The notes under the pieces are model-generated. The model was not told the origin of the DNA, searched no databases, and was given only the letters and a program-made list of their open reading frames with translations. Positions 38,770-51,135 of a DNA stretch of 64,000 bases are shown piece after piece. Source of the stretch: Octopus vulgaris (Eukaryota); contig OX597816.1 in NCBI GenBank assembly GCA_951406725.2, positions 46,748,001-46,812,000 on the forward strand. The letters are read 5' to 3'. The translations under genes were made by a program, and so were the position numbers. Positions within the stretch are counted from its first letter, which is position 1. The number at the start of each line of letters is the position of its first letter.

Positions 38770-40533
38770 TTTCTACATCTTAGAATCTTCTTCTACCTGA
38801 ACCCTTTAGCTATCAGATTTCTTTGTAAAATGTAATGCACATTTATTCACATTGATTTGAATTAGTCATGCTTTACCTTAGAGCTGTGAGATTTCAATGA
38901 CCTGATTGCGTATTTTCAGAATAATATTGTAAGTTAAGTGTGAAAGGCTGGATCTCACCAGTTTGACGAGAAAACAGGTAAATTATTTTAGGTGGATATA
39001 GCCAGTTTAAATGATAAGGGGTTAAACCTTCAGGCTCATGAAGCCAGAGCTTGTTCAGACTTGCAAGCTATTTAGGTTGAGAGCACCACACTACCTCATT
39101 TCACACCTGAATGCTTTGTTAATCTTCCTAGGTGCCACTGATATTCATTTTCAATTGAATGTATTGGAACAACATGAAATACTTTGCCTTGCTCAGAGAT
39201 ACAGCATGTTGCCTCATCTGAGAGCTAATGATCATGAGCCCAACACCCTAACTATTGAGCCATATGCCTTCACAAAGTTTAGAATAACAACAACAACAAC
39301 AATTCTTGGTAGAGTCAAGAGAGAAACAATTTTCTGAGCTTTCAAGTTAATGTAAAGCATTAAACTTAGAAGGGTATTTATGAAATATTGAACCAAGGTT
39401 GTTTTGGTTTTGATGTCATGATGAAAAGCATAATTTAAATCTCTTTTATAAGGGTGAGAATAAGCATGAATTTAGATAACCAAGTTCAAGAGTTCTATAT
39501 TGATCTCCATTTACAAAAAAACAATGTGTTCATAGTTCATAGGTGCAGGAGTGGCTGTGTGGTAAGTAGCTTGCTAACCAACCACATGGTTCTGGGTTCA
39601 GTCCCACTGCGTGGCATCTTGGGCAAGTGTCTTCTGCTATAGCCTCGGGCCGACTAAAGCCTTGTGAGTGGATTTGGTAGATGGAAACTGAAAGAAGCCT
39701 GTCGTGTATATGTATGTGTGTGTATATTCTTGTGTGTCTGTGTTTGTTCTTCTAGCATTGCTTGACAACCGATGCTGGTGTGTTTACGTCCCCGTCACTT
39801 CGCGGTTCAGCAAAAGAGACCGATAGAATAAGTACTGCTCGACTAAATGCGGTGCTCCAGCATGGCTGCAGTCAAATGACTGAAACAAGTAAAAGAGTAA
39901 AGAGAGAGTTATTATACATTGCCTGCAAACAAATATTGAACTGTCCTTTCTCTAAAATATGTAAATTAATTCTTTTACTACATGAAATTATCTTCTCTCT
40001 TCTTTGAGAGTCACAAAAAATTTTAAATTGAAATACAAAATGCAAAATATTCTAAATTAAAATTTCTTTCACAGAGAAGAACCTAGCAGCAATTTTTAAC
40101 AATTTTAGATAAGATAAGAGTCTGACCTTTGTATACAAGTAAAAGACAACCATGAACATATTTCAGTCTATTGAATTTCCTCAGTATTAATTTCATAGAT
40201 TTTTATATTTCTCATAATTAATTTTATTTTCAATGATACAAATGACTGTCTTGGCCAAAAATTATTTGTCACTCAAACTGACCTAGTGCTTATTTTAAAG
40301 TTGGTATTTGTCCTATCATTCTTTTTTCTTGGACTGCTCAGTTACAGAGGTATAAACAAACCAACTCCAGTTATCAATCATTGGAGATACAAATTCAAAG
40401 ATATTTGCACACACACATAAAAATATAAAAATACACAATCAAGGTCCTTCCTGAGCCTTAGGCTCATAAGGCCAGTTCCTAGAGTCTGTGGCATATACTC
40501 TTTTCCTCTGGATGGGACACCAGTCCATTGCAA

Positions 40534-40573
<40 letters not shown>

Positions 40574-40814
40574 TCTTTACTTGTTTCAGTCATTTGACTG
40601 TGGCATGCTGGAGCACTGCCTTTAGTCGAGCAAATCAACCCAAGGACTTATTCTTTGTAAGCCTAGTACTTATTCTATCGGTCTCTTTTGCCGAACCGCT
40701 GAGCTACAGGGATGTAAACACACCAGCATCGGTTGTCAAGCGATGTTGGGGGGGGGGGGACAAACATAGACACGCAAACATATACACACCCATACATACA
40801 TACATATATATATC

Positions 40815-41140
40815 TTAAAGACTCCGCCGGTTACGACGACGAGGGTCCCAGCTGATACGATCAACGGAACAGCTTGCTCGTGAAATTAACGTGCAAATGG
40901 CTGAGCATTCCACAGACACGTGTACCCTTAACGTAGTTCTCGGGGATAATCAGCGTGACACAGAGAGTGACAAGGCTGACCCTTTGAAATACAAGTACAA
41001 CTCATTTTTGCCAGTTGAGTGGACTGGAGCAACGTGAAATAAAGTGTCTTGCTCAAGGACACAACGCGTCGCCGGGAATCGAACTCACAACCTTACGATC
41101 ATGAGCCGAATGCCCTAACCACTAAGCCACGCGCCCTCAC
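40815..41140 (-). mobile_element. tRNA-derived SINE family C (related copies at about 9558-9850 +, 13245-13545 +, 20340-20480 +, 39040-39270 -, 61497-61610 +)
   Basis: Minus strand gtggcttagtggttaggg (A box), gagttcgattccc (B box) and gtgtccttgagcaagacact body. Confidence 0.85.
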
Positions 41141-41167
41141 ACATATATATATATTTATATATATAAT

Positions 41168-41638
41168 AGCAAAGGGTAAAATTAAATAATTAAGAAATAA
41201 TCAGTAATTTCACCAAGTAGAATTCGGCATGAAAAAGACCATTTCATGGTAAGTTTAAGTAATACTTTATAATTAGGGTTCAGCAAAGATTTGCTTCACC
41301 ACATACCGAAGTTTAGAAATAGCAGTCAAAAATCTTAGCTATTCCTTCTACTTTAAAAGGGGTTCCCAGAAAAACCAAGGTACTTGAAAACAATCCACGC
41401 AGGCAAAAGGAAAAATAACGAAAATCAATCGATATTAGGTTACCCAGGAAACACGCATACGTGAGTAACCTAATATCGATTGATTTTCGTTATTTTTCCC
41501 TTTTCCTGCATGGATTGTTTTCAAGTACTTTGGTTTTTCTGGGAGCCCCTTTTAAAGTAGAAGGAATAGCTAAGATTTTTTGACTGCTATTTCTAAACTT
41601 GGGTATGTGGTGAAGCAAATCTTTGCTGAACCCTAATT
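41168..41638. mobile_element. Putative Penelope-like fragment with about 173-bp fold-back
   Basis: Arms 41271-41443 and 41465-41638 with a 21-nt spacer and a few mismatches. Starts at (TA)n; the leading segment resembles that of the 47157 element. The family assignment is inference. Confidence 0.5.
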
Positions 41639-42500
41639 CATCATCATCATCATCGTTTAACGTCCGTTTTCTGCACTAGCACGGGTTGGATAGTTCGACC
41701 AGGGTCCGGGAAGCCAGGGGCTGCACCAGGCTCCAGTCTGATCTGGCAGTGTTTCTACAGCTGGATGCCCTTCCTAACGCCAACCACTCTGTGAGTGTAG
41801 TGGGTGCTTTTTACGTGCCACCGGCACAGGTGCCAGGGGAGTCTGGCATCGGCCACGATCAGTTGGTGCTTTTAACGTGCCACCGGGACGGAAGCCAGTC
41901 AAGGTGGCGCTGGCATCGGCCACGTTCGGATGGTGCTTTTTATGTGCCACCGGCACAGAAGCCAGTCGAGGCGGCGCTGGCATCAGCTATGTTCGGATGG
42001 TGCTTTTTATGTGCCACCGGCACAGAAGCCAGTCGAGGCGGCACTGGCATTGGCCACGCTCGGATGGTGCTTTTTATGTGCCACCGGCACAGGTATCACA
42101 ACTACTATTTCCATTGATATTTATTTCAATGTTCATGTACTTGACTCAATAGGTCTCCTCAAGCATAGCGAGATGTTCTGGAATCCAAGGTACTTTGAAT
42201 GTGCAGGGGCTATGCGGGACTGGTGCAGGAAGCAGCCCGGGTCTTTGCAGTCACAGCATATCTCTAGAGATCTCGGTCCTTCGTCATTGCCTCTGTGAGG
42301 ACCAACGCTCTGAGGTCATGCTTGACTACCTCATCCCATGTCTTCCTGGGTCTACCTCTCCCCCTGATACCTTTATCTGTTTGGGAGCGGCACTTCTTCA
42401 CACATCTCTTCTCATCCATCCGCAGTACATGACCATACCATCGCAAGCGTCGCTCTTGCACACCACATCTGATGCTTCTTATGTCCAGCATTTCTCTCAG
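41639..42500 (-). mobile_element. RTE-clade LINE 3' fragment with 67-bp tandem repeats in the 3' UTR and (GAT)n tail
   Basis: ORF 42264-42491: RRLRWYGHVLRM...RGRGRPRKTW. Repeat units start at about 41803, 41865, 41932, 41999 and 42066. (cat)n on the + strand at 41639. Confidence 0.9.
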
Positions 42501-43300
42501 GGTGCTTATAAAGTATATTTATGCTTATAAAGTATATTTATATATATATATATAACGGGTTTCTTTCAATTTCCATCTACCAAATCCACTCACAAGGCTT
42601 TGGTCGGCCCAAGGCTATAGTAAAAGACACTTGCCCAAGGTACTGCGCAGTGGGACTGAACCTGGAACCATGTGGTTGATAAGCAAGCTACTTACCACAC
42701 AGCCATTCCTGCGCCTATATATATATATAACTAGGTCACTACTCTCAATTATTCCTCCAACCTCACTTAATATAATTTCTACTAAGCTCTAAATTCTTGT
42801 AGATTCGACATTACATTGACTATTTTTCTAAACTCATTCTGCCAAAGACATAGCAGCAGAATCAATGTAAATATTTGAGCTCCATCGATGATACGAATAT
42901 GTTACAGCTGTTGGTTTGTCCTTTGTGCTTGATGTCTATGTGGTCATCTGATGAAAATGCTTTCTTTGCAATGATGTAATGTTTTCATTGATTAATTAAA
43001 GGAGTCACTTGAAACAGCTGTAATGAATTGAACATCTGTACATCTTTGTTGCTCCATTATATTTTATTCACCTACCCTGGAATCTGCACTTCGGAAATTT
43101 TATAGAAAGTATTTTTGTATTTTTATATAAAGTACATGTCTGAACAACCAAGTGCGGATCTCTTCATTAAGTTGGGTCATGTTATCTGCATACACTGCAA
43201 GAATATCAAGTGCAAACACTTTTGTACAAAGTTTGATATTCACCTGATATTGTTTGGGTATGCAAATAAGATTGACCTAACAAGGTGCCTCAATTTAAGT

Positions 43301-43430
43301 ACCTAATTCAACTGAATCTTAACTATATATATATATATATCATCATCATCATCGTCGTTTAACGTCCGTTCAAAACGACGATGATGATGATGATATATAT
43401 ATATATAGTTAAGATTCAGTTGAATTAGGT
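43301..43430. repeat. Inverted duplication (about 60-bp arms) of flank + (TA)n + RTE tail
   Basis: acctaattcaactgaatcttaac(ta)n(cat)n cgtcgttt ... aaacgacg(atg)n(ta)n gttaagattcagttgaattaggt. Confidence 0.9.
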
Positions 43431-43451
43431 ATATATATATATATATATATA

Positions 43452-44100
43452 CAGGATGATTCAAAAGTCACCATAAATAGGAACAATTTATTTTTTTATA
43501 AGAAACAGTTTATAAGGACAGTTTTTTTTATTTAACAGGCTCTATATGGTTACCATTGTTTTGAATACACATTGCAATACGTTTGGGGGAAGGGGTCAAA
43601 CATTTTATCCAGTGCAATAACAATTCTGCCAGCTCAAAAAATTAGTAATAATGGTTTCAAATTTTGGCACAAGGCCAGCAATTTAGGGGGAGGGGATAAA
43701 TCGATTGCAATCGACCTCAGTGCTCAAAGGGTACTTGTTTTATCGACCCCGAAAGGATGAAAGGCAAAGTCGACCTCAGCAGAATTTGAACTCAGAACGT
43801 GCAGCTGGACGAAACGTCGCTAAGCATTTTGCCTGGCGTGCTAACAGTTCTGCCAGGTCTGGGTAAGAAATGAAGATTTCGCTTATATATGAAGAGTGAC
43901 TTCCCTTGTGTTGCTAAACTGCGTGAGCGCCCATAATTGTGGGAGAGACGGTGTTTTCTCCAGTTCCTTGCCAATTTGGCCATCAATAATTGAGTTAACT
44001 CTGAACCCAACTGTGCTGCACATGTTGTAAGTCAGCCGTTCTCATTTTACTGCTTTCCACAACTTTTTCAGATACGTGTTCAACCTTACTAATCAAATAC
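43452..44100 (-). mobile_element. Tc1/mariner relic interrupted by a SINE (43650-43860)
   Basis: ta|caggatgattcaaaagtc terminus; minus-strand KRIAMCIQNNGNHIE resembles a transposase C-terminus. Confidence 0.55.
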
Positions 44101-44672
44101 CTTTAAAAGCCAAATTTTTCAAGAATATCTAATTTCGTTTTGTTAAATGCAGTAGTTGACAGCAGGAGGCGCACACCTAAAACAATACGGAAGTTTTCAT
44201 AGATAAAAAAAAAAAATGTTAATATTCGAAAGTCATGGAGACATAATTGCCATCGTCCTTCCCATCCGTAATCTTGTTCTTATTATTGTTACGTTAATTC
44301 CCCACTGAGGAGATATATGTAGATTAAAGAAAGCATCTTGTGCTTTTAGGACTGCTATCACATAGGGCAATTATGTCAAACGGCCAAGAAATGGAACTTA
44401 TAATATTAATTACAGAAGTTACTTCCCTTGAGTTTTTCATTACAATTGAAAATTTCAATTGAGTTGATAATTTGTCTTTTCCCTTCTAACAAAATAAAAG
44501 CTGGAGAAACTAGAACGAAGTACTATTTCTTATAAGTCGTTCTAGCTGGGAAGAGGATTAACTATTTGAGGTGTAATAGCAAACAAAACAAGTCAATAGA
44601 CTTCTTTGATTATGTCTATCATTCGTAAAATAGTGTGATAGATGTGTTATATGTTATATATTTATTAGTTTA

Positions 44673-45058
44673 CTAGCAGTATTGCTCGGGTTTGTAAGGG
44701 AAATAACTATATAAACATTTTTAGAGAGTTATAGCCAAAAAATAGCAAAGAAATGCATTAAAAATGGAAAAAAAATGTTGGTAAATTTTTTTTAAATCGT
44801 TGACTCATCGTAGACATTTTTAGAGAGTTACTTCCCTTATATAATAGCGAAAAATGCATTAAAATGGGGAAAAATGATGGTAAATTATTTTTAAAATCGT
44901 AGACTCATCGTAGACGCGCGCTAATACCCAGAAGGGCTCGATATGAATCACGACTATAAGATACCCGGTTTTGGTTAAACTGCACCGCAAAATGTGGGAG
45001 TAGTTAGGAATCTAAATCGTAGGAGACAGACACACAACTTGACTTTTATATATAAAGA
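44673..45058 (-). mobile_element. Non-autonomous Helitron (second family, internal tandem duplication)
   Basis: + strand reads a|ctagcag...ttttatatataaaga|t, i.e. TC...CTAG on the minus strand. The 3' hairpin is partly deleted. Confidence 0.75.
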
Positions 45059-46039
45059 TATGACCAATTTAGACCTCTTGCTTATCCTCGAGTGAAAATG
45101 TGGGTGACCAAGTATCATATAAACATTCACAAGATCAGCAGTGTATCACAGCTATGAAGCTTCCAACTTGCGACCAATCATTTAATATTTACACAATCGT
45201 AGTTCTAAATATTTACATTTCACGTATTAACATTGAGGGAAGTCTTGTTAGCTTGAAGTTACACTTTCAGTTCCTGCTTCAATGCAGGTATACTTGGAGA
45301 AAGAGATGGGCTCTGAAAAGCTGTCTAGATGGATTACACTGGGCCTTACTCAGTTACTTAGAAATTGATTGAGAAACCTCTCACTGGTTGCAATGTGCAA
45401 ATGCCTTCTTTGACTTACCGGTGGATTCGAATTGGTCTGAAGTGGTGGATCTGAATTGGTCTGAATTACTCACCTCTCCCACAAGAGGTAACAACACTTT
45501 AAATTTGCTATTTACCATTTGTAGTGGATGTGTGTGTACATAAATAAATACATAAACTGTTTCATGATTAAAAAGGGATATATTTACATGGGTTATAAGT
45601 ACACTACATACAAATGTAAGCAAATGCTACGAATTGCTTGTATAGAATACATATTAAAGATGAATATGTTTGTGTGTATGGGTATGTGCGTGAATCATTC
45701 GGAACAGTAGCCAATAGATACCGTAGGCATTTCTCTGTCGTCTCCAAAACGCGGGGCGAGATAAATCTGTCTGCTGGTGTGTCAGCTACGATTGTGTTTT
45801 TTTCTCTCTTTTTCCCTGCTAACTCTTACACATTGCTTCTGGAATTGTTGTCAGCTCCACTATCAGAAAACTATTTGTCAACTCCAATCACATTATAAAC
45901 ATTTCCAGTCTGTTTTTTTTATGGGAAAAAAGAAGAGCTACTTCTGCTTTCAAACTCAAATTAGCTTTCATTTTATGATTCCAGAGATCTCACTACCTTC
46001 CTTCAGCACATCCTTAATTTAACCTATCGGAAATAAAAG

Positions 46040-46890
46040 TATCAGTACCTTATAAATACATTAGAAACCCCAAAAGTGCAATATGAAAGAATAAAGTAGG
46101 CTACTTTGCCAGGAAAGAATGATGAGATGCTGAACATAAAATTCAGATTAAGCAGATTAGAGGATATTAATAATAGAAGGTACAACAGAACATCCAACCA
46201 TGCCAAACAGGTGACTGAAAAACCCGTACTTAAATTTGAGCAATACATAGCAACCAACATGAATGGTAAAGTGTTCTGGAAACATATGCATTCAAAGTAG
46301 AGGCCTTACTCTCCACTTGGCATTCTTCACAATTACCACACGGGGAAGATTACTGATGGATACCAAAGAATACAAAGAATTTGTTGCCAAATGCAATGCT
46401 GGTATTTTTACTGTTGAAAATCCAGATGTACCAGTTTCATCTTTACTAATATAAAATTCCATAACATATGTTGAATTTTCTGTAGTGCTGCAATGTCATC
46501 ACATGCATATGTACAACCATCCCTTCTATGGTCTGAATGGTGTTACTTATCTGCTTTACGAACACAGAAGGCTCTTTCTACTGAACCAGCCTTCACTGCT
46601 TTTCCAATTTTGCCGTGATAACATTACCTAGAGAACAGTAGAAAATTATCAGTGTTATTTCCCTGTTGAAAATGTGACCACAGATCACCTGTCCAGTTAA
46701 TCTCATAAGCTTTATTTCCAAATTAATGGTGTCCCATGTCAGAGAGATGTTTTAGAATTCTCATACCTTTATTTGACCCTTATAATTTGAATTTAATCCC
46801 TAAAGTTAACTGCTGTTACCAGTTGATCAAATTTCTTGACATCACCTGCATCACAGATGATAGCTCAGGACTGGGTGTTATCTATTCAAT
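46040..46890 (+). mobile_element. Highly degenerate CR1-like LINE ORF2 fragment (upstream of and into RT)
   Basis: FEQYIATNMNGKVFWKH and CCYQLIKFLDITCITDD..VIY resemble the K.FW and SC.TQL...D.IY motifs of LINE ORF2. Confidence 0.6.
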
Positions 46891-47156
46891 ATTACAATCA
46901 GACTGAATAATTGTAAATGAAAACAAAGTAACAAAACAAAAGAATACAGAAACAAAAAATACTGAAACAGGCACAGGAGTGGCTGTGTGGTAAGTAGCTT
47001 GCTTACCAACCACATGGTTCTGGGCTCAGTCCCACTGCATGGCATTTTGGGCAAGTGTCTTCTACTATAGCCTTGGGCCGACCAAAGCCTTGTGAGTGGA
47101 TTTGGTAGACGGTAACTGAAAGAAGCCTGTCGTATATATGTATATATATATATATG

Positions 47157-47577
47157 AATTTATAAATGAGGGTGAAAAATTGATATTAATTTAATAATAC
47201 CATTAATTTAACACTGAGTGGCTTAGCACAAAAAACTACGGAGAAAATACAAATTTATACATAAATTATTAGAGAGTTAACCACTATGTGGATAACTCTA
47301 GTGCTAAAAATAGCCCCGATAGTACAGCCACAGAAAAAGATGTTTCCAATCAGAAATAACATACATTTAACGGAAGGAAAGTGAAATATAACGAATAAAT
47401 AGATTGACCCTGAACAAATTGTTTCATTACTAATGTAATATGCAATTTTACTTACATAAACATCTATAAATCATCAGCAGAGGTTTGTCTTAAATACAAT
47501 CCATTAGACTGACACGAGCGTCAAAAACACCTGCAGTTTAACGAGTTATCCACATAGTGGTTAACTCTCTAATAATT

Positions 47578-47580
<3 letters not shown>
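47157..47580 (-). mobile_element. Putative Penelope-like fragment with 38-bp inverted repeat, inserted into a SINE microsatellite
   Basis: 47261-47298 is the perfect reverse complement of 47543-47580. Flanked by (TA)n on both sides and carries a hammerhead-like motif. Confidence 0.55.
47408..47482 (-). ncRNA. Type I hammerhead-like motif with extended stem II
   Basis: Minus strand: ctctg-CTGATGA-[imperfect hairpin including tatgtaa/ttgcata and atgt/acat]-GAAA-caatttgt-t-caggg. Confidence 0.45.
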
Positions 47581-47614
<34 letters not shown>

Positions 47615-49106
47615 ATGTTTCTCCCCCCTGGCATTGCTTGACAACTGATGCTGGTGTGTTTATGTCCCCGTCAATTAGCGGTTTGGCAAAAGAGACTGAT
47701 AGAATAAGTACTAGGCTTACAAAGAATAAGTCCCAGGGTCGATTTGCTCGACTAAAGGCGGTGCTCCATTATGGCCGCAGTCAAACGACTGAAACAAGTA
47801 AAAGAGAAAAAAGAGAAACAGAGAAACAGATGAACAAAATTACATTAACCTTAACATTTCATAAGTTGTGTATTTGTAAATCTGGTTATATTCTTTGATA
47901 TTCTTCAGATGGTGTAAACGGACAGAATGGATACTTTCCCACACCCAATTTTTGTCTGTATTTCTGTATTATACAATGCTTTGTTAACTTTTGATTCATC
48001 TTGTAAGATAAATTAGAAACAGTGGCTCTTGTTTTGGTATGGTGACAGCAGAGATGACAGAAAGGAAAAAGAATGCTATGATGCTGACTAAAAGAATTTG
48101 GATATTTTATGATGCGCTAATAATGTATAGGCAATACTGCCAGAATATGCAGAAATCTTTGTGGTCTCTTGTCAACAGCTCATAAAGAGAATGTCCTACT
48201 ATACAAGCTGTAAGTAGAATGTATAGTTTTATTATTATTAAGGGTCACCCTCAACTGTTAGAAATTGTGTATACAGTGCAAACATGAATGATCATGTGAT
48301 CCCTCTCTCTCTCTCTTTCACTTTCTCTCTGAAAATTCGTTTAAATGGGTGATAAGCTTATGAAGTGACATTATTACACATTTTGCAAACATTTACAGCA
48401 AATGTACTAAATTAAAGCAAGGTGAATATTTATTATTCGTCTTACTTAATATTAATGCTGGTTTCAAATTTTGGCACAAGGCTAGCCATTTTGGGGATGG
48501 GGATAAGTTAACTACATTGACCCCAGTACTCAACTGGTACTTATTTTATCAACCTCAAAAGGATGAAAGGCAAACTTGACCTCAGTAGAATTTGAACTCA
48601 GAACTTAAAGATGGATGAAATACTGCTAAGCATTTTGTCAGTGGTTCTCAACCGTTTTAATATGAGTCAGATTCAAATCTAGATTTTTTTAGGGGCCTCA
48701 TACCAAAAAAAAAAAAGCAAGAAACAAGCCAATTAAAGAAAAATTCATTATATTTATTGAGGGAAGACTGTTGAAGGCTGATAGGAGGATGCTGTAGAGC
48801 CACATGTGGCCCTGGGAACTGCCATTGAGAACTACTGACTTAGATGCTCAGTAATTAACCCTGGTTGTATCCATCTTCAAGATAAGGAGGACATATAACT
48901 ACCAATAACGAAGAAAACTCTTTTTCTCCACCCATGTCGTGAGTGCCTTGAAATAATTGAGCACTGCTCTTCTGACTAAGCCATTAAAAAATTTCCCTAT
49001 CATTAAAATGTTAAAAACTAGGGATAAAATAGTGAACATCCAACTTTTCTTTTTCAAGAATCAAGTTAAACTCCCTGTGAGCTGGTTTCGATTCACATTT
49101 CCATTA

Positions 49107-50231
49107 ATCGGCCGAAAAGAGGTTGTCACAGTTCTAGGACAGCACTCTTCGCCCTATGAGATGACATCTGGTGTACCACAGGGATCTGTTCTTGGCCCCC
49201 TTTTATTTGTTGCATATGTTAATGACATAGATGCCAACTTAAAGAATGCCACAGTGCTGAAATATGCAGATGACATCAAGCTGTACCTCGAAATAAAAAG
49301 GTCAAATCCTGTACACTATAGATCCCTATTGCAAGCAGACCTGGACACAATGCAGCAGTGGATCATGGACTGGCAACTCAAGCTGGCTGTGGGCAAATGT
49401 ACCACCATGCATTTTGGGAGGAGAAACCCAGCATCCACCAACTCCCTCCACAACACTAGTCTCAAAAAGTCTTCATGTGAACGTGACCTGGATGTTATTG
49501 TTGGTAGTGATTTGTGTTGGACAAAACACATCGCTAAAATTGTCAAGAAGGCTGAGGGTGTCTTGGCATCACTCACCAAATCCTTTGTGAGCTGCTCTCC
49601 GGCTATCTATCTGCGGCTTTATATAGCTATGGTAAGACCTCACCTGGAATTTGCATCACCGGTCTGGAACCCCTATCTTGCCCAGGATATCAATCGTTTG
49701 GAAGCCGTTCAGCGACGTGCAACCAAAAGAATACCCTCCGTCAGGCATTTGCCATATCCTGAACGCCTTACTTCCTTGGGCATGGACACATTGAAACTCC
49801 GACGTCTGGCAGCTGACTTGGCAGACACCCATAAAAATATTAACCATCTTACAAACAATAACTCTGAGCACCTTTTCAAACTCCACCCATCTAACACCCG
49901 TGGACATATTTACAAAGTCAGAAAACAGCACAGCTCCCATGACTTCAGGAAACATTTTTTCACGCTGAGAGTTGCTGAAGCGTGGAACAAACTGTCGGCA
50001 TCAGTTGATAGTTGTCGGAGCACTGCATCCTTCAAAACTTCCATGCTTTCTGAGATTCGCCAACACTACACCTGATTTTCTCCCCTCCATACACACACAA
50101 GCATGTATCTGACTCATACATTGTTCGCTTTCCAGACATTTTTACATTACTGCATATACTTTATATGCACTTTCTGACAAGTTGTGGTGCACCTGAGCAC
50201 TGTATACAATAATTTCATTATTATTATTATT
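49107..50231 (+). mobile_element. 5'-truncated CR1-clade LINE (RT C-terminal half with intact ORF, 3' UTR, (ATT)n tail)
   Basis: SGVPQGSVLGPLLF, YADD, VRPHLEFASPVWNP, LEAVQRRATK and FFTLRVAEAWNKL. Stop at 50075; tail ttcattattattattatt. The ORF start at 48957 is read-in from flanking DNA. Confidence 0.95.
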
Positions 50232-50412
50232 CTTGAAAAAGTCATGCAGGTTTGCACCATCTCATTTCTTCAACCATTAGAGATTCAAGGAAAATACTTA
50301 ATGTATTTAATTGTGACACACTTTACATTCTGTGTTCAAATCAAGCAGAGACCAGTGTTATCTTCTGTCTTTCCGGGGTCGACGAAATAAGTACCAGCCA
50401 AGTACTAGATTG

Positions 50413-50831
50413 GGTACTTTTTGGTTATCTCACCCCCATTAAAAAATTGGGTTATCTCCCCATTAAAAAATCGAGTTAATGTGGCAAGAGATAGGATTAA
50501 AAGAGTTAGATCCTTTTGATTCAGTACTTTAACACATCGTTAACTTTTGGCCTCTTCAATAGGCATGTTATGATGTTATAAAAATATTATCAGATTCAGT
50601 AAGATGTTTAATTTTTTCAGTTTTCCTGTTTATTAATTTTTTCAGTTTTGTATGATTTGTTATAAAAATATTATCAGATTCAAAACGATGTTTCATCTCT
50701 TCACTTTTTATGTTTATTAATTTTTTCATTTTTTTTTAGTTGAAGGAGACAATCAAAAGTACGGATATTTCTCGTAAAACGGGTGGAGATAACCCAATTT
50801 TTTAATTGGGGTGAGATAACTAAAAAGTACC
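50413..50831. mobile_element. Merlin-like MITE upstream of TOMM20
   Basis: About 47-bp TIRs GGTACTTTTT...AAAAAGTACC. 8-bp TSD ctagattg/ctagatcg (1 mismatch). Internal direct repeat of about 80 bp. Confidence 0.8.
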
Positions 50832-50929
50832 CTAGATCGATTTAAATATTCCTATAAAACACAAGAATTAGAATTATAAGAAGTACACTTATAAATAAGA
50901 GATCTTCCTTCTAACGTTTAAAAGACTAT

Positions 50930-51135
50930 TATGTATTTCTTTACTACCCACAAGGGGCTAAACAAAGGGATTAAGTCGATTACATCGACCCCAGTGCGTA
51001 ACTGGTACTTAATTTATCGACCCCGAAAGGATGAAAGGCAAAGTCGACCTCGGCGGAATTTGAACTCGGAACGCAACGACAGACGAAATACGGCTACGAA
51101 TTTCGCCCGGCGTGCTAACGTTTCTGCCAGCTCAT
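50930..51135 (-). mobile_element. tRNA-derived SINE family B, young CpG-intact copy (others at about 1985-2370 + tandem, 20660-21030 -, 32365-32545 +, 36611-37410 + split, 43650-43860 -, 48455-48640 -, 53790-54000 -, 59375-59800 + tandem)
   Basis: gagctggcagaaacgttag head, B-box-like gagttcaaattcc, and shared gtcgactttgcctttcatcctttcggggtcgat body. Confidence 0.9.

Noticed and set aside
41060-41140. tRNA-like sequence with A and B boxes
   Set aside because: It is the head of a SINE continuing into a repeat body, with no complete acceptor stem. The same applies to the other SINE heads.
41686-42298. Overlapping repetitive ORFs and a 67-bp repeat array resembling a CRISPR or repeat protein
   Set aside because: These are head-to-tail tandem units without unique spacers, lying in the 3' UTR of an RTE LINE. 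The same units recur at 60486-60640.
48957-49106. N-terminal 50 aa of the 372-aa ORF as a host-RT fusion gene
   Set aside because: Non-ATG start and AT-rich flank read in frame by chance into a 5'-truncated LINE.
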